Shown: positions 19,101 to 27,760 of the stretch, in pieces | Numbering within the stretch: position 1 is the first letter of the stretch | How the letters are laid out: each line of letters opens with the position of its first letter | DNA from: a virus | Virus record (IMG/VR): IMGVR_UViG_3300023083_000005 | Span: 1 to 56,731 of that record | Strand: one strand, 5' to 3' | DNA length: 56,731 nt | The notes under the pieces: model-generated | Seen by the model: the letters and a program-made list of their open reading frames with translations, nothing else | Told to the model about the DNA's origin: nothing | Databases searched by the model: none | Made by a program: the position numbers and the translations under genes

Positions 19101-19190
19101 GGTGATATCCTTGTAATGCTAGATGGTGAAGTGATTGCAAGGGCAGTCAACAAGGCGAATGCTCGCGCGGGAAGTACTGGAAACAACTAA
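16101..19190 (+). CDS. tape measure protein
   Basis: 1029 aa, Ala/Gly-rich with hydrophobic central segment; segment WERDFANVVRTSG is typical of tape-measure cores; TTG start per ORF track. Confidence 0.9.
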   Translation: MADEDFLIRLRLDLGDANSSINALQGNVKRLNDELDRTSRTNGASALNKEADAARSAKKAADDHASSLSTTRYALLGVSLGLATTGTALLGIAAGTYAVSIAWERDFANVVRTSGVAGDAVQELRSQFIDLQQTIPVAANDLAEIGALGGQLGIAANDLVEFTSVVARFSATTNLTVDASATAFGRLNALLPDVGGNFESLADSILNVGVNSVATESSITAVAVQISSMGNYAGLTSKEVIGLAGALASIGVAPELARGTITRTFTLIGKAVSGGGEELEKFAKIAGVSSEEFGNAFGTDKFGPIFLKFVNGLDSISASGGDTVKALNDLGITSVRDVPALLRLATAANSAGEAGKILNQTLSDASVEKSAGATIEQYGIIAATVAAKIQLLQNNFNALLVTIGGGGSIFGGLLDALNGVLQTLTDIASNPVGNFFLQLGVILTGVIGVLALVGAAMALSYAGVIGLTQALVGMSASAIGGHVSLSSLLVTMRATGPAGATAATGINLVSKALRLLALVGFVELANEGIKGIISLEDQFYDSTHGIGNSLDDVIDRLSDSRFEKAIAGLVDGGLDSWAKDVERSFANIGYTGISQLTDDLKELDDSLAATVKSGNLQEAQDIIDKLASGAGVTSDEYLTRLPETLKAIGLAGEGAKPGLDAVAQGAADAEAATEELAASLGLTAEELKSFKDAIVEGGTGFVELGDLIQRNQDQTRGWAEETSKDLYGSKDSWQEFYDGVSINLQKFNEDLSNQIIALDNWQKNLSILVGRGVDEGVIAQLARMGPEAAPLLQALVDDTTGTAQQVLANLSMAGEESVQGFADNVTANTPLLRAAFAAGGDEAVKALSTALGRGDAEIARVMAQYNIVAAQNPIQITAAINRKQIGDAINSVINWIGGAKATIPLSANGTPYLPSPVTRAEGGAVFGPGTPTSDSIPARLSNGEYVIRAASVRKYGMGMFDQLNRGVAKFSRGGPVQRFAGGGAVSPMSLSPRQLRDAPTGDILVMLDGEVIARAVNKANARAGSTGNN

Positions 19191-20161
19191 TGTCCGACAA
19201 AAAGATTTGGTTCGGCACTCTCTATGAGACTTCCCTCCCGGGAACCTCCAGCCTGTATCAGAACTGCAAGATGAGTTGGGTACCTGCTCCTGACACTGGA
19301 ATGTCAGCGGGCACGTACGGGTACTCGCAGTTGATAGAGTACGAAAACGGTGGCGCTTCTGTCGTGTCCTCTGCTGGAACGCACCGTCGTTATGACATGG
19401 ACTGGAACCTACAGGAAGCCTCTGGTGCTCAGGGTCTTGACCTTATCCGACAGTACCAGCAGAAGCAATGGGGCAACGGCCTGATCTTCTGGGCCAACCC
19501 CATGATCTTCGATCAGAATGTCTTGGCTCCCGCTCTGGCGGCTCCTGCACTCGGTGAATTGGGCTACGATCTGGCTGGCCCGGCTCCTGCTGCGGGTGTG
19601 ACGCAGTACTACTACAGCACGCTCAACAACTACGACCAGCCTCGGCGCACGGCACGGTTCAGCATGCCCGCTGGCATCATCAACCGCATACCTACCGGGG
19701 CGAACCACATTCAGGTAGTAGCTATCCCGCCCACGCATGTCTTGTGGCTCGGGTTCAGCGGGGTCACCTCGACCGGCGCGACCGTGGCGGTTCGTCCGAT
19801 CAACTATGACGGTTCGTACGCGTCCATCACCCAGACGACGTTGCTGTCTCCCACGGGTGCCACTCGAATGAACGCAAGCTTTTCGGGGGCGACCTACAAG
19901 GCTGTCGAAATCTTCATGACCGGCACCACCACTGCAACGGCCTCCCTAGACCTCACAAGCTCGATGGGGCAGCTTTGGCCTATTGGTGTGACTCCGGTAC
20001 TCACCGGCAATCATATCCCGGGACAGGGCGACACAGGGCTTCGGTTCTCCGACTCGGCTCTCCCCGAAAGCTATATCATGGTTGACCAGTCTGGCACTCC
20101 CCGTCACTACAAGGGCATGAGTACCAGCCTTACGGAAGTAGTTCGTTCAGCATGGGCGTAG
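19190..20161 (+). CDS. distal tail protein (Dit-like minor tail protein)
   Basis: 323 aa immediately after the tape measure (TAATG overlap). Confidence 0.65.
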   Translation: MSDKKIWFGTLYETSLPGTSSLYQNCKMSWVPAPDTGMSAGTYGYSQLIEYENGGASVVSSAGTHRRYDMDWNLQEASGAQGLDLIRQYQQKQWGNGLIFWANPMIFDQNVLAPALAAPALGELGYDLAGPAPAAGVTQYYYSTLNNYDQPRRTARFSMPAGIINRIPTGANHIQVVAIPPTHVLWLGFSGVTSTGATVAVRPINYDGSYASITQTTLLSPTGATRMNASFSGATYKAVEIFMTGTTTATASLDLTSSMGQLWPIGVTPVLTGNHIPGQGDTGLRFSDSALPESYIMVDQSGTPRHYKGMSTSLTEVVRSAWA

Positions 20162-23100
20162 ATGTAACACTCACCGGCAACGGCACTATCGGGCCGATCA
20201 TCCCGGGGTGGAGTGTCCGAGAAGACGCTACCCCCATCGTCCCCGGCGACTCTTCCGGTGGTGTCGGGCAGATTTCGCTGAGTGCTGGGCGTGCGAAAGA
20301 TAGCGAGTTCGTATACGAGAACAAGTCTACTTTCACGCACCCCTCGCTCGGTGCGCTCAGTGGTGAAGTCATGTCGAACGAAGTCAATGGATCGTCAGAC
20401 GCTTTGACCAGTACTGTTGACTTCACGCTGTCAACACCGTTGGGCCGAATCTCTGCCGAGCGTACGGCTCGCGCTGTCGGAACCGCTATGCTCGTTGATG
20501 CAGGGGAGGCAGTTCTGCCTGACTCTTTGACTTTTGGGGACTACCCCCGAGAAGTCGTGAGCCACCTCAGCGGCGACATGAGCTACCTGTATCCTGACCC
20601 TGTTACTGCTGGCACCTTCTGGATGCGTCGCGTCACTCCTGCGGGAGTCGTAACGTCGTTTTCTATTGCCGTGGCTGGTGCTAACCAGAACACTGCTGGG
20701 ATGGTCACCGACCAAGCTGGGAACTACTACATCGGCTTCAATGCCGCTAGTGTACCCAAGATTTACAAGTACTCTCCTACGGGAACTCTGCTGACTTCGT
20801 GGGGGGGCACTGGCTCGGCCACGGGTCAGTTCGGTGCTTTCTTGTCGGAGAGTAGCAACCCTCTTCACTGGGACACCTACTACGACCGCCTTTTTGTGGC
20901 AGACACCAGCAACAACCGCGTTCAGGTATTCAGCGCTACGGGTGTTTATGGTGGGACGTACGCTTCTCCCGGCGTCTATGCTGTCACCACGTACCTAAGC
21001 AGCACTGTCATCACCGCTAGCTATGACGGCGTTTATCGTGTGTTCAATACCAGCAGTGGCGTCTTGATCCGCCAGTCTACCAACTTTTCCAGAGGAAACG
21101 GTCAGATTTGTGGACTGGAATTTTCCAGTGATGGTCGGCACCTGCTCGCCTTGGTCAACCTCGGCACTCAGCCCGGCACTTATGCTGTAGCTCGAATCCA
21201 ATACGATAACCTTGCGGAAGTACAGACATGGTACTTCAACAACAACCAGTACGTCAAGCGGTTTTCCATTGGCCCGAACTTCATCACCTTCGCTGGTCAA
21301 GGGTACGCTTACGTCACCCCGAACCGCACCATCCGAATGCTGTACACAAGCACTAAGCTTCAAGGCGCTTTCGCATACTACCTTTCCCTAGTCGGCATCA
21401 AGGACTACAAGTACTACGGCCCGCAGAACACTGCCATTTTCCCCGGCTGGACTGGGAATGTCTGGGACAAGATCAAGCAACTCTGCACTGTTTGGCAGCT
21501 TGAAGTAGCAGTTGTCGATAACGGCATCGTCGTACGCCCCAGCGGTCAAACCGTGTTCGTTGTGGATAAGGTCCAGGAAGCCAGTGTACACCTTTCTATC
21601 GGTGCACCGGCTGCGAAAACCGTCACGCTCGGATACAATAACGCATCTACGATGAACCCCGAGAAGAAGGCTGTCGGCCTACTGTCTCAGGGCGTTCTCT
21701 TCGACGCAAAAGACACTGGTCTTGTTATCACCGTCAATGCCGGTGAGACCGTAATCCAGACCGTGACAACCACAAACTACCCGGCCATTATCGACCCTCC
21801 CTCGATGGGCGGCGACCTCAACTATGCCGGTACTTACGCTGTCATCGACTCGTCAAACCCTGCTGTTGCTGTCTCGCCCGCTTCGTGGTTGCAGTACGGT
21901 GGTGACATAAAGGCCACAGAGAACATAGATAACCAGTCGAGCCTTGACATTTACGTGACAGGGCCGGGCGTCGTCATCCCCGGCACGGTTGGCCCGTACC
22001 GAATCGCCTCGACCATCACTGGCACGGGCGTAGTCTACCCCGCGCTGAGTTTCGCAGGCTATGGCGTCTTCACTGACCCCAAGCAACTGACTCTCAACAC
22101 TGCGGCCAGCGAAAGCCGAAACGTTGCAGACGGCGCGGCTGACGTAAACAACCCCTTTATGGCTACGCTCGATCAGGCGTATGACCGTGGTGCATGGGCA
22201 TCCTCGCTTGCTGGTGGGCCAACAGTTGACCTTACTATGTCAGTTCCTACGCTGTCGCTGGGTGGATTTGGCCTGACCAGCGGTGCGATTATCTCTTTCA
22301 AAGAGAACAAGTATCGCATTTCTTCTATCACCTACCGTGACAGCATAGCGACAATTAGTGCAAGTCGTTCGGCCAAGATTGCCGACTTCATGGCCAGCTT
22401 TGCCTTCCCAACTAACAGCGTCTCCACATTTACAAACCTGTTTGCCAACCCCAGCTTTGAAACTGGTAATTCCGCTCCAGTGCAAGCCGGTTTGAACCTG
22501 CTCAACAACCCTTCAGGGAGGCGTGCGCAGACTGGCTACAGCATTCCCGGTGGTGGAGGTTACATGGGCAACGATCCCGGCCTCGATACTTATTTCGTGG
22601 CTACCTCTGCCGGTTCTGCTGGTGCCTACTACATTCAGCTTGAAAGCATGTTTGTTCTGGACAAACTCACTCCCTCTGCCACGTATACATTCAGTGCAGA
22701 GGTGCTTGGTGTAGGTGGCGTAACTCCGGGTCTTTCGGTGTTCGGCAACGCCTCGGCTGCCGCATCAAGTTCGAATCCTAGCAACTGGTCTAGGGTTTCT
22801 GTGACCTTCACCATGAGTGCAGCAACCTCTGGCTCAGTAGGTTTTGCTGTCTACAACGCTTCTGCTATTGCCAGCGGCAACATTATTGCTTTCCGTGATG
22901 CTCAGGTCGAAATCGGTACCGGCCATACGGGTTACTTCGACGGCTATGCCCCCAACGGGTACAACGCTAGCGGAATTGTACTTCCCGGTGACTTCACCTC
23001 GGCATGGCTGGGCGCTGGAGACAACAGCCCCACCTACCGTTACTCTATTCTCCCCTCGTGGATCAATATGGGAGTAGCATGGGGTGCACAAAGTACTGAC

Positions 23101-23661
23101 TGGGCGAACGAGCGTAACTATTCTCTGCGCATAAAGTCCACATACAACACGACCGGTACCGCATTCGCAGAACTCGTATTCCCCTCTCCTTTTGGTGCGG
23201 CTACGGCGGGAGGTAACGCTTATCGTTTCTTTGCCACTGTCCGTACGGCTGAGACTCGCACGGTTGCTCCTTTCATTCAGGTTACTACCCGTGTCGGGGC
23301 TGGTGCCTACGTTGACCAGCGGGCCACTGCTCCGTCCACTGCGCCGGGAGTCTACCCCCTTTCGCTCAACTTCACCGTTCCCTTGGGTTGCACCGAGTTG
23401 TATATCCGGCTCTACAACGGCTCTTCTCAGGGCGGGCCTGATGTTTGGTTCGACAGCATCGCCGTCATTCCGAACAACCTCCCGTACACGGGTGGGTATT
23501 TCGACGGGTACAGCCCTGACGGGTTGGTTCGCTGGAAAGGCTTCCCTGACAACTCACAGTCAGAGAAAATTACGGCCAACCGTACTAACGCCAATTTTCA
23601 GAACGCATGGCCGTCGAGCCAGATGAGCGACTTCACCATCAAGCCTCTACGAGTATTCTAA
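20152..23661 (+). CDS. tail-associated/receptor-binding minor tail protein with NHL-type beta-propeller repeats and two CBM-like modules
   Basis: 1169 aa; NHL-like DRLFVADTSNNRVQVFSATG; two C-terminal modules each ending in (T)GYFDGY-x-P-x-G, as in actinophage minor tail proteins. Confidence 0.75.
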   Translation: MGVDVTLTGNGTIGPIIPGWSVREDATPIVPGDSSGGVGQISLSAGRAKDSEFVYENKSTFTHPSLGALSGEVMSNEVNGSSDALTSTVDFTLSTPLGRISAERTARAVGTAMLVDAGEAVLPDSLTFGDYPREVVSHLSGDMSYLYPDPVTAGTFWMRRVTPAGVVTSFSIAVAGANQNTAGMVTDQAGNYYIGFNAASVPKIYKYSPTGTLLTSWGGTGSATGQFGAFLSESSNPLHWDTYYDRLFVADTSNNRVQVFSATGVYGGTYASPGVYAVTTYLSSTVITASYDGVYRVFNTSSGVLIRQSTNFSRGNGQICGLEFSSDGRHLLALVNLGTQPGTYAVARIQYDNLAEVQTWYFNNNQYVKRFSIGPNFITFAGQGYAYVTPNRTIRMLYTSTKLQGAFAYYLSLVGIKDYKYYGPQNTAIFPGWTGNVWDKIKQLCTVWQLEVAVVDNGIVVRPSGQTVFVVDKVQEASVHLSIGAPAAKTVTLGYNNASTMNPEKKAVGLLSQGVLFDAKDTGLVITVNAGETVIQTVTTTNYPAIIDPPSMGGDLNYAGTYAVIDSSNPAVAVSPASWLQYGGDIKATENIDNQSSLDIYVTGPGVVIPGTVGPYRIASTITGTGVVYPALSFAGYGVFTDPKQLTLNTAASESRNVADGAADVNNPFMATLDQAYDRGAWASSLAGGPTVDLTMSVPTLSLGGFGLTSGAIISFKENKYRISSITYRDSIATISASRSAKIADFMASFAFPTNSVSTFTNLFANPSFETGNSAPVQAGLNLLNNPSGRRAQTGYSIPGGGGYMGNDPGLDTYFVATSAGSAGAYYIQLESMFVLDKLTPSATYTFSAEVLGVGGVTPGLSVFGNASAAASSSNPSNWSRVSVTFTMSAATSGSVGFAVYNASAIASGNIIAFRDAQVEIGTGHTGYFDGYAPNGYNASGIVLPGDFTSAWLGAGDNSPTYRYSILPSWINMGVAWGAQSTDWANERNYSLRIKSTYNTTGTAFAELVFPSPFGAATAGGNAYRFFATVRTAETRTVAPFIQVTTRVGAGAYVDQRATAPSTAPGVYPLSLNFTVPLGCTELYIRLYNGSSQGGPDVWFDSIAVIPNNLPYTGGYFDGYSPDGLVRWKGFPDNSQSEKITANRTNANFQNAWPSSQMSDFTIKPLRVF

Positions 23662-23673
23662 GGTAGACTGGTA
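23659..23673 (+). promoter_or_regulatory. 15-nt box TAAGGTAGACTGGTA (TAGACT -10-like), 7 nt upstream of ATG 23677
   Basis: Identical 15-mer at 25224..25238, also followed by nnnATGCCC. Confidence 0.4.
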
Positions 23674-23676
23674 GCT

Positions 23677-23808
23677 ATGCCCATCAATAACAGGGAGTCA
23701 AACGCTCCCCCCAATATGCTTCCGTGGGTTCGCGCACTGGAGGAAAAATTGGCAGACATGGAAGCGCGACTTGCCGCCGCTGAAAGCGTAACAAAGACCA
23801 AGGGATAA
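23677..23808 (+). CDS. hypothetical small coiled-coil protein (43 aa)
   Basis: Hand translation MPINNRESNAPPNMLPWVRALEEKLADMEARLAAAESVTKTKG; no SD sequence; sits 7 nt after the TAGACT box. Confidence 0.45.
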   Translation: MPINNRESNAPPNMLPWVRALEEKLADMEARLAAAESVTKTKG

Positions 23809-23812
23809 AGAC

Positions 23813-24466
23813 ATGCCATTGACAGCAAAGAACAAAATCTGGTATGCGGATACCTCTTCGCCTCTTGACATTGCAGAGACAAGCGCGACACAAGCCACTT
23901 CCGTAGAGAACGCCCTGAACCTTCGTAGCCGCTACGACTTCTCGTGGAACAACCTCAGCGAGCGTAACGCACAGCAAGGTATGATCAATGGCTCGATTGG
24001 GTTCCAGATCGACACCCGAAGCGATTACATCTACTTCAACGGATCGTGGCAGCTAAAGACTCCGCACGCCGAGTTCACGGCTAGCTTCACTGGAACAACC
24101 GGTGGGCCTGTCGGTGTGGGTATCTTCGCTTATGACCCGGCACCGTCAACGTCTTCGACCTTCGTGGTTCCCGGCGTGAACGGTCAGCTTGTAATCGTAG
24201 ACCCCGGAGTCTATGCTATTTCCAGCGTGAGTTCCACGGGTGGTGCCACAGCATTTACGGGGCGCACCTTCCTAGACCTCACCAAAATTCCCAACGCAGG
24301 TGACCAGCAGCGCGTGTCTATCACTCCCGGTGAAGACCGAGGCTCGCTGTCCAAAGCGAACCTTCGAACCACGACAGCAAACTCGGGAATCTACATTCAA
24401 ATGTACATGACTGTAGCGGGTTCCACAACCGTGAACACCCGCGTATTCGTGACGAGAATCGGCTAA
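23813..24466 (+). CDS. minor tail protein (hypothetical, 217 aa)
   Basis: ORF track; position between tail proteins and lysin. Confidence 0.55.
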   Translation: MPLTAKNKIWYADTSSPLDIAETSATQATSVENALNLRSRYDFSWNNLSERNAQQGMINGSIGFQIDTRSDYIYFNGSWQLKTPHAEFTASFTGTTGGPVGVGIFAYDPAPSTSSTFVVPGVNGQLVIVDPGVYAISSVSSTGGATAFTGRTFLDLTKIPNAGDQQRVSITPGEDRGSLSKANLRTTTANSGIYIQMYMTVAGSTTVNTRVFVTRIG

Positions 24467-25221
24467 TGGTAAATCTTGTTCAGGTACCGTGGCAACCCAC
24501 GCTCTACCTCACTCCTGATACTCTCGACTTGCTTGTCCGAGCGGGCAACAAGCTCGGAGTAAAACTCTACATCTACATGGCCCCAGACGGCCCTACGGAC
24601 GGCGCATGGCGCTCGTGGGATCGTCAGAACTTCCTTTACCACAAGGCTCTCGCTGGTGGCAACATTGCCAGCAACCCGAACAGCGGCCAGCGAATGCACA
24701 TGCGGGGTGGAGCTTTCGATCTTGTACGGACGGATGCTGCCGCTCAAGCCGCGTGCAAAGCTGTTGGCCTTATCCGTGACGGTGTTGAAAAGTGGCACTG
24801 GAACAACCCCCGCCTGACCAGCATGCCCATCATCCCGACCCTCACCACGCCCGCTGGTGGGAACACTACCCCGATTGGAAATGAAGAAGTGGTAACAGCA
24901 GCAGAAGTAGAGGCGATTGCTCAGCGCACCGCCCGTGTCATCCTCCGCGAATTCTGGATCGGTGACAACCCTCCCATGAACCGACCTATGGATATCACTC
25001 TCTACGATATCCTCACTGACGGCGAGGCGACTCGTGCAGCCGTCGAGTCCATTGCTCCGCGTGTGGGTGGTTTGAATCAGGCTACCATCGACGCTATTGC
25101 CAACGCTGTGGCTGCCAAGATTCCAAGCGGTGGTGGCGCTGGTGCGGCTGGCCCGAACGCCGCAGAAATCAAGGCGATTGTCGTTGACGCTCTAAAGTCA
25201 GTAACATACAAAGCGAGCTAA
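24466..25221 (+). CDS. endolysin, peptidase M15 (VanY / L-Ala-D-Glu peptidase-like)
   Basis: H-x-x-G-x-A-x-D motif in RMHMRGGAFD and downstream EKWHW, as in the M15 family; followed by holin-like genes. Confidence 0.7.
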   Translation: MVNLVQVPWQPTLYLTPDTLDLLVRAGNKLGVKLYIYMAPDGPTDGAWRSWDRQNFLYHKALAGGNIASNPNSGQRMHMRGGAFDLVRTDAAAQAACKAVGLIRDGVEKWHWNNPRLTSMPIIPTLTTPAGGNTTPIGNEEVVTAAEVEAIAQRTARVILREFWIGDNPPMNRPMDITLYDILTDGEATRAAVESIAPRVGGLNQATIDAIANAVAAKIPSGGGAGAAGPNAAEIKAIVVDALKSVTYKAS

Positions 25222-25223
25222 AG

Positions 25224-25238
25224 TAAGGTAGACTGGTA
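25224..25238 (+). promoter_or_regulatory. 15-nt box TAAGGTAGACTGGTA, 7 nt upstream of ATG 25242
   Basis: Exact copy of 23659..23673. Confidence 0.4.
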
Positions 25239-25241
25239 TGT

Positions 25242-25727
25242 ATGCCCTCTATCTGGAAGACCGTCTATAACAAGCTCAGTGAGCCGGTTGTAAGTAACCG
25301 TAGCATTGACTTGTGGGCCTTCGCGGGCTATGTCTGTCTCGGATGGTGGGGTACGTTCTCCGTACTCACCGGCATCCCCAGTATCACAGCAGCCGCCACC
25401 CCACTGTATGAACTCATGTGGGGGGCGGCTATTGCTGTCTTCGCTATGGTCGCCGGTGTCGCTTCACTGTCAACTTTCTTCCGCATCCCCCGAGTCAGCC
25501 GTATCGTCAAAAAGCAAACTGAACGCGCGGCCCTCGTCCCTCTGATTTTTTTCATTGCCGTCTACCCAGCGATCCTAGCTGCACAGGCTATCAGCGGTGA
25601 CACCACCAAGATTGCCACAATTGGGATCGGCGCGTACTTCCTTGTCGGAACTATCTGGAGGGTAATCCATTTGGGTTGCCGAATCAAGGGCTTGCGCACT
25701 CTGGGAAAGTCGGATCACGATGGATAA
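25242..25727 (+). CDS. holin-like membrane protein (about 4 TM segments)
   Basis: 161 aa with four hydrophobic stretches; adjacent to the endolysin. Confidence 0.55.
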   Translation: MPSIWKTVYNKLSEPVVSNRSIDLWAFAGYVCLGWWGTFSVLTGIPSITAAATPLYELMWGAAIAVFAMVAGVASLSTFFRIPRVSRIVKKQTERAALVPLIFFIAVYPAILAAQAISGDTTKIATIGIGAYFLVGTIWRVIHLGCRIKGLRTLGKSDHDG

Positions 25728-26109
25728 AGAAACACTTACAAATATAGTTCTCATTGCTGGCCCTCTTCTGGGTGTTCTGGGTTTCCTTGCCAGCCTCATT
25801 ACCATTTTTCGACAGGCAAGAAAAGATAAATCAGATAACAGCGTGAACAAGCAAGAAGCCAACACCCACGAATTCGATGCTATGCGGCAGGGCTTTGTAG
25901 ATCAAATGGCGGAACTCCGCAAGCAACTCTCGGACGCACGCGACGAAGCACGGGAAGACCGCGAGGAAGCGGCTCGTAAGCACACCGAACTGGCCGACAG
26001 AGTACACACTCTGGAGACAGAACGCCACGAGATTTTGCAGCACGTCAAGCTTCTGGAGAACCTTATCCCCGACCCGCCCGGGGTACCCATGCGCCCACAG
26101 TGGCGCTAA
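25720..26109 (+). CDS. membrane-anchored coiled-coil protein (lysis accessory, putative)
   Basis: N-terminal TM IVLIAGPLLGVLGFLASLITIF followed by a charged helical region. Confidence 0.45.
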   Translation: MDKETLTNIVLIAGPLLGVLGFLASLITIFRQARKDKSDNSVNKQEANTHEFDAMRQGFVDQMAELRKQLSDARDEAREDREEAARKHTELADRVHTLETERHEILQHVKLLENLIPDPPGVPMRPQWR

Positions 26110-26141
26110 TGTGCTAGTCTAGCTTGACACGAGAGGGGCTT

Positions 26142-27068
26142 ATGTCCAATTGTAAAGCGTGCAATTACGAAAAGCGCACAGGAACAGTTATTGACGGGAG
26201 GCCGTCAAAGGCTTTCTGGGCCGATTTGATTGGCGTGAACGAGGCGAGTATCCGCCGACACCTGAAACACCCGCAGAAGGCCACTGAGCGCCAGTCAGGG
26301 GCACTTGTGGCTCTGGAGGCAACCGGTGTTCGCATCCTTGCACTGGATATCGAGACTGCACCCAACCTCGCATACGTGTGGGGGCTGTGGGATCAGAACG
26401 TCGGGCTGAACCAGCTTGTCAACTCTACTGAAATGCTGTGCTTCGGTGCGCGGTGGCTCGGGGACGCACCGGAAGAGATTATCTTCCGCTCCAGCTTCCA
26501 CGACGGCAAGACGAATATGATTGCCGACCTGCACGCCCTACTCGATGAGGCAGACGCAGTGATGGGTTGGAACTCTGCCGGGTTCGACTCCAAGCACATG
26601 AAGCGCGAAATGCTTGAGGCTGAAATGCTTCCGCCCTCGCCCTACAAAGAGCTTGACCTCATGCGGGTGGTAAAGAGCCAGTTTCGTTTCCCGTCAAACA
26701 AGCTGGACTACGTTGCCCAGCGTCTAGGCGTTGGCGCAAAGGTATCGCACAGCGGCTTCGACCTGTGGGTGAAGTGCATGGCTGGCGACGCTGAAGCATG
26801 GGAAGAAATGAAGACCTACCAGCTTCAAGACGTGCACCTGCTGATCGACCTGTACGCGAAGCTCGAACCGTGGATGACGAACTCCCACCCCAACGCGGCT
26901 CTTGTCAGCGGAAAGTCAATGGCCTGTATCACTTGTGGGTCGGAGAACGTTACCGACAAGGGTGTAGCTTACACCGGAACGGGCACGTACCGCAAGTACC
27001 AGTGCGAGTGTGGACGCTGGATGCGCGGGGTAAAACGAGCTTCCACCAACGACTTGCGTGCGATCTAG
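26142..27068 (+). CDS. DnaQ/RNaseH-fold 3'-5' exonuclease with N-terminal zinc-ribbon/HTH-like segment
   Basis: Exo motifs LALDIETAP, GWNSAGFDSKH, YQLQDVHLL; ATG 26142 with GAGAGGGG RBS (track start 26124 is TTG); C-terminal CxxC...CxC. Confidence 0.7.
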   Translation: MSNCKACNYEKRTGTVIDGRPSKAFWADLIGVNEASIRRHLKHPQKATERQSGALVALEATGVRILALDIETAPNLAYVWGLWDQNVGLNQLVNSTEMLCFGARWLGDAPEEIIFRSSFHDGKTNMIADLHALLDEADAVMGWNSAGFDSKHMKREMLEAEMLPPSPYKELDLMRVVKSQFRFPSNKLDYVAQRLGVGAKVSHSGFDLWVKCMAGDAEAWEEMKTYQLQDVHLLIDLYAKLEPWMTNSHPNAALVSGKSMACITCGSENVTDKGVAYTGTGTYRKYQCECGRWMRGVKRASTNDLRAI

Positions 27069-27090
27069 TCGGGTGTAAGATAGATACCCT

Positions 27091-27177
27091 ATGGAAAACG
27101 AAACTCTCACCGTCGTTGACGGCTACGCATGTCCGATTGATCCGATGGAAGCACTCGATTGTACTTCCTGCCAGTAA
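27091..27177 (+). CDS. possible small Cys-containing peptide (28 aa)
   Basis: Hand translation MENETLTVVDGYACPIDPMEALDCTSCQ; TAAGAT box 9 nt upstream. Confidence 0.3.
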   Translation: MENETLTVVDGYACPIDPMEALDCTSCQ

Positions 27178-27191
27178 GGTAAAATAGAATC

Positions 27192-27443
27192 ATGACCCTC
27201 GCAAAACTCGCTGAATACCGTAAGGCTATTGCCGCGTTCCTTGTCCCTGCACTCATCGTGCTAGGCGCTTCGCTCACTGCCGACTCCGGTGGCGGTGGCT
27301 CGGTTACCCCGTCCGAGTGGGTAACCATCGTTATTGCTGCCCTCGGCACCACTGGCGCTGTGATCAGCGTGGAGAACGCTATCACCGCAAGCCAGATTCG
27401 CAAGATCGAGAATGCCGGTGGAGTAGTCCCGCCTCTCGTCTAA
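27192..27443 (+). CDS. membrane protein (83 aa, 2 TM)
   Basis: ORF track; hydrophobic segments; last gene of the rightward arm. Confidence 0.55.
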   Translation: MTLAKLAEYRKAIAAFLVPALIVLGASLTADSGGGGSVTPSEWVTIVIAALGTTGAVISVENAITASQIRKIENAGGVVPPLV

Positions 27444-27498
27444 TCTTTTTCCGGCCCACGTAAGTGCCAGTTGAAAGGTTAGGTGAACGATCTAACAG

Positions 27499-27538
27499 AA
27501 AAGCCCCACTCGCAAATTATCAGGCGAGTGGGGCTTTT
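27499..27538. terminator. Bidirectional rho-independent terminator at the convergence of the two arms
   Basis: AAAA-GCCCCACTCGC-loop-GCGAGTGGGGC-TTTT, 11-bp perfect stem. Confidence 0.85.
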
Positions 27539-27544
27539 CTATGT

Positions 27545-27760
27545 CTACCAGCGTGCGCCGATTTTCTCTTTGGTCACATGCCAGACGTTTCCGTCAGGGC
27601 ACCAGTACACGCGAATGCGATTGCCAGCACTGCGGGTTGCCTGTCGTGCATGGTGGGCTGACTTGTAGCTCGCCTTCCCGCACGCCGAACAGCGTGGCAC
27701 ATGATTCTCTTCCGCCCCCGCATTACGCGCTGACGTACGGCGGGTCATGGTCTTTCTCAT
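27545..27760 (-). CDS. zinc-ribbon protein (71 aa)
   Basis: ORF track; CSACGK...WCPDGNVWH. Confidence 0.6.
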   Translation of the reverse strand: MRKTMTRRTSARNAGAEENHVPRCSACGKASYKSAHHARQATRSAGNRIRVYWCPDGNVWHVTKEKIGARW

